This document shows, piece by piece, positions 32,083 through 39,957 of a stretch of 64,000 nucleotides of DNA. The stretch lies in assembly GCA_002699365.1 (NCBI GenBank), contig PAAN01000021.1, forward strand, positions 6,416 through 70,415. The letters are read 5' to 3'. The notes beneath the pieces were generated by a model, which saw nothing but the letters and a program-made list of their open reading frames with translations, did no database searches and had not been told where the DNA came from. Each line of letters opens with the position of its first letter. The stretch's first letter is position 1. This DNA is from Coraliomargarita sp. (lineage in GTDB: Bacteria; Verrucomicrobiota; Verrucomicrobiia; Opitutales; Coraliomargaritaceae). Made by a program: the position numbers and the translations under genes.

Positions 32083-32916
32083 TTAATCAGGTCTCTTAAA
32101 CATCCAAGGCATAACTCCCTTGTTAACCTCAACACTCTCTATAACAGTTTCCCGTATAAACGCATCATTAGTGTACAATTTACTGCTAAAGGCTATCATA
32201 AGACCCGATACATTCTTGAAGTCCGATTGCTCTATATACCTCTTAGTGCCATCAACCCTAAGTGATTGCTCCGCTACTTGATGACGATTTGAGTCCAAAA
32301 AATAAAGATAGTACTGTTGATTAGGTAGGACTACTTTAGTCTGAATACATATTTTATCATCTATTGTGGCAGCTTCAAGAATCTCTATCGTTTTACCAGG
32401 TAGCAATGGCCATACTAAATGACCACCAAACCAAGAGTCACGTATAAAGTCTATAGAAGCATCCAATGACATTGTCTTGGATATTTCCGACTCAAAGGTT
32501 TTAATTTGCCAAGCTTCGACTCCATCGAAGCAAGTGATAATTCTCTCATTATTACCAACATATATGATAGACTTATTTAAGTCAGGCCTCTTTCTGTAGT
32601 TAACGAAGCGGTAGTACTTACCGTTAGGGTATATTAACATACCCTTAATACACAGGCTCTTTATTTTCTGCCAGCTTTCTGCACCACCTAGACTATTTCT
32701 ATAGTAGCTTTGTAGTGTATCGCTAACTTTCTGACTAAGCCCCTTGGTATCCATCGGATCTGGCAAAACCGTCTCCTCGTTAACGAGTAGGTCAGCGTAC
32801 CGGTAGGGCTTAATGGTCTTTTCAGAAGACCACAAAAGCGCAGTTAGCCAAAAAAGGCTAATGAAAAGTACATATGCAAGCCTTGTACCCATTACTAATA
32901 GGAACATAAGCTCCAA
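32083..32916 (-). CDS. hypothetical exported/membrane-anchored protein
   Basis: 277-aa ORF with a hydrophobic N-terminus and no family I recognise. Its stop abuts the tRNA-Leu 3' end. Confidence 0.5.
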   Translation of the reverse strand: MELMFLLVMGTRLAYVLFISLFWLTALLWSSEKTIKPYRYADLLVNEETVLPDPMDTKGLSQKVSDTLQSYYRNSLGGAESWQKIKSLCIKGMLIYPNGKYYRFVNYRKRPDLNKSIIYVGNNERIITCFDGVEAWQIKTFESEISKTMSLDASIDFIRDSWFGGHLVWPLLPGKTIEILEAATIDDKICIQTKVVLPNQQYYLYFLDSNRHQVAEQSLRVDGTKRYIEQSDFKNVSGLMIAFSSKLYTNDAFIRETVIESVEVNKGVMPWMFKRPD

Positions 32917-33242
32917 CTGTTATTGATGAACTAACTATAGTAGAGGTACACACAATGAAGATGGCAGTGGATAAAGTATTCACAAAGATAGGAGAAAATA
33001 TTTATATAATTTCTAGCTTAATCCGTACCAAATAACCCAAAAAACATAATCTTTTTTTTGGTTTAAATAACCCACAGGTCGAAACTGAAAGAACCTGAAT
33101 AAAGTTATACGATTTGAGCGTCCCCAGTCTACAAATGATGGGCACAAGGTAAGCAAATTATGTAAACACTATCCTACAACTCAATACAGCGAAACTAAGG
33201 TAAGCGACTTGAGCGCTTAGAGAACATTAACCAATTAAAGAA

Positions 33243-33716
33243 CTAAATTACACTAATCTCCCGCCTGCGAAGAGCCACAAGCCCAAGGGCTAGCCCTCCA
33301 AGAAGCAGTGCGTAACTGGAAGATTCTGGTATAATATTGAATGTACCATTCATTGATGGGTGAACATTACATACATAAGTTTTGGTATATGTGCTGTAAT
33401 CCGTACTAGTATCGAGTGTAAATGATTGTGAACCTCTAAAACTTAAATTATTAATTAAATTTGTAGTGTTACCTTGTGAGTCAGTAATATACATTCTGAA
33501 AGGGTGTGAGGTATTGTTGCCAGTAAAAGTATACTCAATGCCAGTAAGCAAGCTATCTGAACCACTGTTAGTAAAGTTAAAATCAGTGACACCATCATTA
33601 ATGCTGAAACTATAAAATGGGTCATCAAAACCAGAAGTGTTCACTAATACATCCACAGCAAAAGAACTTAAGGAAGTGAGTAAAAAAAGAGGGAAGAAGT
33701 AATAGCGAGAATTCAT
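33243..33716 (-). CDS. small PEP-CTERM-type sorting-domain secreted protein
   Basis: 157 aa; signal peptide and C-terminal IPESSSYALLLGGLALGLVALRRR (PEP-like motif, TM helix, Arg cluster). Confidence 0.7.
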   Translation of the reverse strand: MNSRYYFFPLFLLTSLSSFAVDVLVNTSGFDDPFYSFSINDGVTDFNFTNSGSDSLLTGIEYTFTGNNTSHPFRMYITDSQGNTTNLINNLSFRGSQSFTLDTSTDYSTYTKTYVCNVHPSMNGTFNIIPESSSYALLLGGLALGLVALRRREISVI

Positions 33717-34019
33717 AACGTAAACATAAAGGTATTAACTAAAAAAAACAACACATAGTTAAAGATTTTACAGTAATTTTAGTAGAAAAATACCAACTAT
33801 TTTTCACCAATTTAGAAATTAACATTTATTAATGACTTATTCACAACGTAAATAACTGATATGCATCTATTTTCGTAGTTATTAACAATAAATACATAAG
33901 TTATTAACTTTCAATTATTTATGAATTTAATTGTTGACCTTAATGCTTTTTCTAACAATTTTATTTGCTTACCTTAATTGGTATGTGATCTTTGACAGAA
34001 GCGATAAAAGTTAGTGATG

Positions 34020-34996
34020 CAGCAATGCATTAACTAATGCATTATCTCGATAAAGTCCGATTAGTTTCGGAAAATGGTCGGGCGAAGCTAGCATTCCCGG
34101 CCCCTACTTTTATAACACTTCGGTGCTATATGTGGTAGGCACATGTCACCTACTTCCACAGAGGGTTCGTTTACCTTCTGCGTTTAACGATTTGGATGTA
34201 GGCGGTGAGCATTTGCTTAAGAGCTCAGTATATTGAGTCGCTTTAGCACGAACCCTTTGCCCACCGAGTTATGTAGTTATAAACAGGGTTCATTTGTTTA
34301 TGATTACAAACACAGTCGGTCTTAGACCGGTAGTTGTTACTGTGAGCTAGTATGGAGTTATGATTTAGTGGTAAGACAAAGGTACAACCACTCGATCCTG
34401 ATGGTTTCGCAACCTATTAGGGGAAAAAGAATCGTTGCTCTGTGGATTGAACATACTGAGTTGAGACAACGGGCGGCCGTTGGCGAACGCTTTATGTAAT
34501 AATATTCGATTAGCGGGAGGTTTTAACAGAATCGTTCGCCTGAGTAAATAATGCAACTTGCGGGATAAGAGACAAGACCCGTGGTGTAAGGCAAACGACT
34601 GACTCTTGTAGCAGTGCCGACCTTATGCTAAGATTACTAACAATTCATCTCAGTATTGTAAGAAATCGTGTTCGCGGTGTATATATTAGCAGATATGTAT
34701 GTTGCGAGCAGAGAAGTCTCACCCTAAGCGTATCTGATGGTAACATCAGTTACTGGTTCCGCTACGGAACCTTATAGTTAGAATCGTCTTACTAACTAGC
34801 GTAGCGTCGGGGAACTGGCAGCCACATCATTCGACGGATGGGATGGCGCCTAATGCCAGTGCAACGAGGAAAGAGAACGTGGCGAGTTCCCACTCCTCAC
34901 CTTTTTATTACATCTTCGGATGCTAGTAATTAGATAGTATCGTAATTCATACGTGAGTGGCGATCGGCCCGTAGACTAATAGTCTACGGGTTTTTT
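34020..34996 (+). ncRNA. candidate large structured non-coding RNA, class unassigned
   Basis: About 1 kb with no credible ORF on either strand. It is richer in G+C than the flanking AT-rich spacer and contains many hairpins and long-range helices. It has two C(UUCG)G loops and one GUAA loop, all only in the + orientation, and ends at a 10-bp stem plus T6 terminator. The 5' end is uncertain. Confidence 0.6.
34968..34996 (+). terminator. Rho-independent terminator (+ strand)
   Basis: cccgtagact-aat-agtctacggg is a perfect 10-bp stem followed by tttttt. On the minus strand the hairpin has no trailing U tract. Confidence 0.85.
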
Positions 34997-35026
34997 GTGT
35001 CTACATTGCTGATAGGATTGAAAGGA

Positions 35027-36385
35027 CTACCTTTGATAATTGCGTCTACCGCTTGAGGTGCGCTCACTGCTACCACCATTACCTCCAGCACCACTTCGAA
35101 ACGGCTTTCCGCGTTTATTAGCAGTACGATTGGGTCGTCCTCGTGAGCGACTTCCTGCACTAGCTCCGGATCTTCTGCCTTGTGCGGGCTTTTTCACAGG
35201 TCGTTTACTGGTGTGCAGATCCTCTACCTCTTGCAAATGATAGTCATGATCCCGTTTAACTGGTATGGGCTTTTTGATCAATCGCTCCACTTGGCGCAGT
35301 AAGGCGACCTCTTCTTCTGTGCAGAAACTAATTGCCTGACCGCTCTTACCGGCACGCGCGGTACGCCCTATACGGTGCACATACGCATCCGGTTCCATTG
35401 GTAAATCATAGTTTACTACTAATGTAATATTTTTTACATCGATTCCGCGTGCAGCTACATCAGTCGCTACTAATATATCAATTTCTCCTTGGCGGTACCG
35501 ATCGAGTGTCTTCTCACGAGCGGATTGTGATTTATTGCCATGAATAGAATCTGCGCTCAGACCTTCTTGAATAAACTTTTTAGCTAAATTTTTTGCACCA
35601 TGTTTAGTTCGTGTAAAAATAAGGCTTAACTCTTCTTGGTTATCATCAAAACGACGATGTAACATGTCTAAAATCAACTTTTGCTTAGCATTTTTTCCAA
35701 GGAATAGGACCTGTTGGTCAACTTTTTCCGCTGTCGAACCTTGCGGGGCGATACGAACTTCATCTGGCTTGTATAGCATAGCCTGTCCTAGCTTGGTAAT
35801 CTCTGTCGCCATAGTAGCTGAAAAAAGCAGGGTCTGACGTTTTTTTGGCAATTTGCTTTCGATTTTACGGATGTCACGAATAAATCCCATATCTAGCATA
35901 CGGTCAGCCTCATCGAGTATAAATGTCTCGACCTGAGAGAGGTCGACATGTCCCTGATCCATTAGATCGATCAAACGACCTGGACAGGCGACCAGTACAT
36001 CTAGACCTTGAAAGAGCTGCTTAATTTGAGGCTTCTCTGAGACACCTCCATATACCAAACCGGTACTAAATTTTATGTACTTACCGTAAATTTTAAAACT
36101 ATCTGCTACTTGGCCAGCTAATTCTCGAGTCGGCGTGAGCACAAGGTGGCGCACACCCCGGCGAAAAGGCTTGCGCCCGCACGAGGCGATATTGTGCAGT
36201 AGCGGTAAAGCAAAAGCCGCGGTCTTACCAGTACCGGTTTGTGCACAGGCAAGTAAATCTCCCCCTTTAAGTAGCAGTGGTATCGCCTTCGCTTGAATCG
36301 GTGAAGGCTTCGTGTAACCCCTTTCGCTCAAGGCGCGTTGAATCGGTGCGGACAGCTCTAGCTGCTCGAATTTACGTTCGTTCAT
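35027..36385 (-). CDS. DEAD-box ATP-dependent RNA helicase (RhlE-like) with an Arg/Gly-rich C-terminal tail
   Basis: 452 aa; Q motif, AQTGTGKT, DEAD, SAT and HRIGRTARAG motifs, and a basic RG-rich tail. Confidence 0.9.
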   Translation of the reverse strand: MNERKFEQLELSAPIQRALSERGYTKPSPIQAKAIPLLLKGGDLLACAQTGTGKTAAFALPLLHNIASCGRKPFRRGVRHLVLTPTRELAGQVADSFKIYGKYIKFSTGLVYGGVSEKPQIKQLFQGLDVLVACPGRLIDLMDQGHVDLSQVETFILDEADRMLDMGFIRDIRKIESKLPKKRQTLLFSATMATEITKLGQAMLYKPDEVRIAPQGSTAEKVDQQVLFLGKNAKQKLILDMLHRRFDDNQEELSLIFTRTKHGAKNLAKKFIQEGLSADSIHGNKSQSAREKTLDRYRQGEIDILVATDVAARGIDVKNITLVVNYDLPMEPDAYVHRIGRTARAGKSGQAISFCTEEEVALLRQVERLIKKPIPVKRDHDYHLQEVEDLHTSKRPVKKPAQGRRSGASAGSRSRGRPNRTANKRGKPFRSGAGGNGGSSERTSSGRRNYQR

Positions 36386-36589
36386 AATTATTTGGCGCCA
36401 AGACGTTGTCGCAGTAGCAGGCGCTGCGCTATCGATGATCCTTATTATGGATGCCTAAAACAATCGCTCATCGATGACAGACCGCGTCAGGAGAGCGCAA
36501 GCGCTCAAGTATGGCAAGGAAGACACAGTAATCCTAGCAGCTTGCAAGCTCAATAGTTGCGCAGTAATCGTGCCCGTCCAAGCAAGTGG

Positions 36590-38056
36590 CTAAGCTTTAT
36601 CGATCAGCTGTTTCAATAAATCATCGAGCATAGCTGGGTTTGCTTTTCCCTTAGTCGCCTTCATGACTGGCCCTTTAAGCGCATTAAGCGCCTTAAGATT
36701 TCCTGCCCTATATTCTGACACCGCTTTTTCATTGCCCGCTATTGCCTCTCGGCACAACGATTCGATCTCTTCACTATCATTACTTTGCTTTAAACCCTTT
36801 GTTTTGACGATCACATCTGGCATAATACCAGTGTTAAACATCTCGGTAAATACCTCCTTGCCGATCTGTTTTGAAATGACGCCTGTATCAATAATTTTAG
36901 CAAGAGTCGCTATGTGCGCAGGTGTGAGTTTACAATCACTCACGCAGTGAGAGGATGCCCCGCGCGCAGAAGCATCTGCTAACTCGCGAAGTAAATCATT
37001 AGCTATGTAATTGGCGATTGCCTTTGGCGCAGCGTAAACTTCTAAAGCAGCCTCAAAAAACTCACTTAGCTGCAAATTCGGGCACAACACTGAAGTGATA
37101 GTGTAAGGTAAATCCAAATCCCCTTGGTAACGACGCTGCTTATCTAATGGACGCTCTGGCAACTGCGCATCCAACTGTTCGATCCGTTTAGGATCCATCT
37201 GTACAGGCATCAAATCTGGGTCTGGGAAATAACGATAGTCATGTGCTTCTTCTTTACTGCGCAAAGAAGAGCTGCTACTACTATCCACATCCCATCGACG
37301 AGTTTCTTGGACGATAACCCCACCCTCATCAAGTATCTGAGTTTGCCGAGCAATCTCATATTCGATCGCAGCTTTTACATTAGAAATAGAATTTAAGTTC
37401 TTCATTTCGGTCCGAGTACCGAGCGAATTGGTACCGACCGGACGCAAGGAAACATTCGCATCGCAGCGCATTTGACCCTTCTCCATATCGCAATCGGAAA
37501 TGCCGGCATAGATGATAAGATTACGTAGTGCATTAAGAAAGGCCACCGCTTCGGTAGAGTTCTGCATGTCTGGCTCAGTGACTATCTCGGCTAAAGGGAC
37601 TCCTGCCCGATTGAAGTCAATAACTGTATCAAACGCCTCGTGGGTCAGCTTACCAGGATCCTCCTCTAGATGAATCCGATTGAGTTGGACCCAGCGGTGT
37701 TCGCCCTCGATATTTCTCGATGGCCCAGGTAGTTCGATTTCGACCTTTCCACCAATGCACAGCGGTTGATCGTTTTGAGTTAACTGATAGTTCTTAGGTG
37801 AATCCGGATAGAAGTAATTTTTTCTATCCCATTTGCACTGCTCAGCAATAGCACACTGCAGCATGAGCCCTAATTGTGCGCATTTCTCAATCGCGAGGTG
37901 ATTGAGCACTGGCAAGGTACCAGGCAAGCCAAGTACCACGGGATCGGTTAGCGTATTTGGTTCTGCACCATAAACATAAGGCGCTGCTGTAAACATCTTC
38001 GTACGGGTCTTTATTTGTACGTGTACTTCAAGACCGATGACAGCTTCGTAAGACAT
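36590..38056 (-). CDS. gatB: Asp/Glu-tRNA amidotransferase subunit B
   Basis: Conserved N-terminus MSYEAVIGLEVHVQ starts at the ATG at 38056. The 48 extra codons in the track ORF overlap gatA and are probably not translated. Confidence 0.9.
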   Translation of the reverse strand: MSYEAVIGLEVHVQIKTRTKMFTAAPYVYGAEPNTLTDPVVLGLPGTLPVLNHLAIEKCAQLGLMLQCAIAEQCKWDRKNYFYPDSPKNYQLTQNDQPLCIGGKVEIELPGPSRNIEGEHRWVQLNRIHLEEDPGKLTHEAFDTVIDFNRAGVPLAEIVTEPDMQNSTEAVAFLNALRNLIIYAGISDCDMEKGQMRCDANVSLRPVGTNSLGTRTEMKNLNSISNVKAAIEYEIARQTQILDEGGVIVQETRRWDVDSSSSSSLRSKEEAHDYRYFPDPDLMPVQMDPKRIEQLDAQLPERPLDKQRRYQGDLDLPYTITSVLCPNLQLSEFFEAALEVYAAPKAIANYIANDLLRELADASARGASSHCVSDCKLTPAHIATLAKIIDTGVISKQIGKEVFTEMFNTGIMPDVIVKTKGLKQSNDSEEIESLCREAIAGNEKAVSEYRAGNLKALNALKGPVMKATKGKANPAMLDDLLKQLIDKA

Positions 38057-38108
38057 GTTAGTAACAATTAGTAAGTTTAGTGTACAGCAAATTGGACAAA
38101 GAGAACCG

Positions 38109-39575
38109 CTATAATTTTGGCGTTTGCTGGTAATAATCGTGAGCCTGTTCAAACGCGTGTGCAACAGCGAACATATCGGCCTCTCCAAAAGCTGGCGCAA
38201 TTACTTGCAAACCTATAGGCAAGCCAGCTTTGGTAAAACCACTGGGCACAGAAATAGCTGGAAGTCCGGCTAGATTAACTGAAATTGTGTAGATATCACT
38301 TAGATACATCGAAAGTGGATCATCACTGCGCTCACCGCGCTTAAATGCTGGAGTCGGTGAAGTCGGAGTCAATATCGCGTCTACTTGCTCAAAAGCATTT
38401 TCGAAATCATTACGAATTAAAGTGCGTACTTTTTGAGCACGCAAATAATAGGCATCATAATATCCAGAACTCAAAACGTAGGTACCTAATATAATACGAC
38501 GCTTCACTTCTTCTCCGAATCCCTCACCTCGACTCTTGGTAAATAAAGAGACCGCATCATCTGCCGCAGCACTACGATGACCGTAACGAACTCCATCAAA
38601 GCGGGCCAAATTTGAGGACGCCTCTGCGGTAGCGACAATATAATAGACCGGTACAGCTAAGTCAGAATGTGGAAGGGATATGTCAATAATCGCACAACCT
38701 TGGGAGCGGTACCATTCGATGGCTTTTTCTATATTTGCCTTTACTTCTGGGTCGATTCCCTTGCCAAAAAATTCGCGCGGAACACCGAGTTTCCATGGAC
38801 CCTTTTTTTTCTGTAAGGCTTGTACATAATGTGTGTCCCCTTGTGGCCGTATTGAGGTAGAATCTAGTACATCTTTTCCAAGCATCGCCTCCATCAGCAG
38901 CGCGGCATCTTCAACACAGCGAGTAAAAGGTCCCACTTGATCTAATGAAGATGCAAAGGCTACGAGCCCATAACGAGAGATAAGTCCGTAAGTAGGCTTC
39001 ATGCCAACCACACCACAAAGTGCAGCTGGCTGTCGAATTGATCCCCCCGTATCTGTACCTAAGGTAGCAATTGCTTCTCCTGCTGCCATAGCAGCTGCAC
39101 TACCTCCGGAAGATCCGCCCGGTATAGAGCCTAAATCCCATGGATTGGAAGTGGTTTGGTACGCTGAATTCTCGGTCGACGAACCCATAGCAAACTCATC
39201 CATGTTTAAACGACCGAATATAACTGCCCCCGCATCACGAAGTTGGCGTATGCAGGTAGCATCAAATGGTGAGGTGTACGATTCCAGCATCTTCGATGCG
39301 CAGCGTAGCGGTTGATCTTTGACTGCTAATGTATCTTTAATTGCAATGGGAATACCATCTAATGGGCCGAAAGTACTGCCTTGTGCTCGCCGCTCATCAG
39401 AGGCCTGCGCCTGAGCGATAGCATCGACTGCATCCAAAGAAAGGAAAGCCTGCACTTGGTCATCGACTGCTTTAATACGATCTAGTACCGCTTGCGTGAC
39501 TTCGACCGAGGTTGTTTCGCCTACTTTTAGCGAGTGTGCAATCTGAGCAATAGTGTTGTAGTGTAAAGGAGGCAT
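38109..39575 (-). CDS. gatA: Asp/Glu-tRNA amidotransferase subunit A
   Basis: 488 aa; amidase signature GGSSGGSAAA...GTDTGGSIRQPA. Confidence 0.9.
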   Translation of the reverse strand: MPPLHYNTIAQIAHSLKVGETTSVEVTQAVLDRIKAVDDQVQAFLSLDAVDAIAQAQASDERRAQGSTFGPLDGIPIAIKDTLAVKDQPLRCASKMLESYTSPFDATCIRQLRDAGAVIFGRLNMDEFAMGSSTENSAYQTTSNPWDLGSIPGGSSGGSAAAMAAGEAIATLGTDTGGSIRQPAALCGVVGMKPTYGLISRYGLVAFASSLDQVGPFTRCVEDAALLMEAMLGKDVLDSTSIRPQGDTHYVQALQKKKGPWKLGVPREFFGKGIDPEVKANIEKAIEWYRSQGCAIIDISLPHSDLAVPVYYIVATAEASSNLARFDGVRYGHRSAAADDAVSLFTKSRGEGFGEEVKRRIILGTYVLSSGYYDAYYLRAQKVRTLIRNDFENAFEQVDAILTPTSPTPAFKRGERSDDPLSMYLSDIYTISVNLAGLPAISVPSGFTKAGLPIGLQVIAPAFGEADMFAVAHAFEQAHDYYQQTPKL

Positions 39576-39612
39576 AATTTATTTGTAGCAGACAATTTTC
39601 TATCTTGAGTGC

Positions 39613-39906
39613 CTATTCAACAACCTTTGGAACAACTACTTGATTGTCGCGTTGTTCGGGAGCCATTTCTATAAGTGTCTGTGCTTTTAAGGTCGCCCCT
39701 GGGGCGTCACCTGGGCGCCAAACGTTATGAATATTTTGGGTGTGCGCCATCGGTTCAATTCCATCCACATCGACCGCGCTCAGCTTTTCAAAATGACCGA
39801 GAATATCGGCTAGTTGAGCGGACAATGTTGATTTCTCCTTATCGGATAGTTTAATGCGCGCCAAATCAGCGACATAATCGATATCGATGTGAGGTTTTTC
39901 GCTCAT
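39613..39906 (-). CDS. gatC: Asp/Glu-tRNA amidotransferase subunit C
   Basis: 97 aa; GatC-like sequence, positioned at the head of the gatCAB cluster. Confidence 0.85.
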   Translation of the reverse strand: MSEKPHIDIDYVADLARIKLSDKEKSTLSAQLADILGHFEKLSAVDVDGIEPMAHTQNIHNVWRPGDAPGATLKAQTLIEMAPEQRDNQVVVPKVVE

Positions 39907-39957
39907 AATTACTTAAGTAAATAGGTTTTCTGTACGTAGTAGACAGGCTTTGATAAA

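Noticed and set aside
34161-34168. gagggttc matching the T-arm of the upstream tRNA-Leu (32054..32061), considered as a possible att-type direct repeat
   Set aside because: The identity is only 8 nt, which is not significant, and there is no integrase in the window.
34365-34556. 63-aa minus-strand ORF inside the structured region
   Set aside because: The composition is not protein-like (MHYLLRRTILLKPPANRILL...). There is no RBS context, and it lies across several predicted RNA helices. It is most likely a chance ORF.
34428-34788. Recurring AGAAUCGU(U) motif (34428..34436, 34528..34536, 34780..34788, and a variant at 34661..34670) within the RNA candidate
   Set aside because: A repeated 9-mer within ~1 kb is roughly what chance predicts, with an expectation on the order of one to two such pairs. 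It is not independent evidence of modular structure.
34048-34880. RNase P RNA-like snippets: AAAGUCCGA at ~34053, ACAGAAUCG at ~34526, and CCAGUGCAACGAGGAAAGAGAAC at ~34856
   Set aside because: The order along the sequence is wrong for RNase P, where the ACAGAA element should be 3' of the CAGUGCAAC element. The would-be P4 strands are not complementary, and the GGAAAGUCCGGGC core is not intact. I treat this as coincidental resemblance.
38057-38200. N-terminal extensions in track ORFs: gatB 38057..38200, rsfS 46764..46847, GH13 3270..3320, purF 10978..10989
   Set aside because: The extensions overlap upstream genes and precede the conserved N-termini. Internal ATGs give canonical protein starts.
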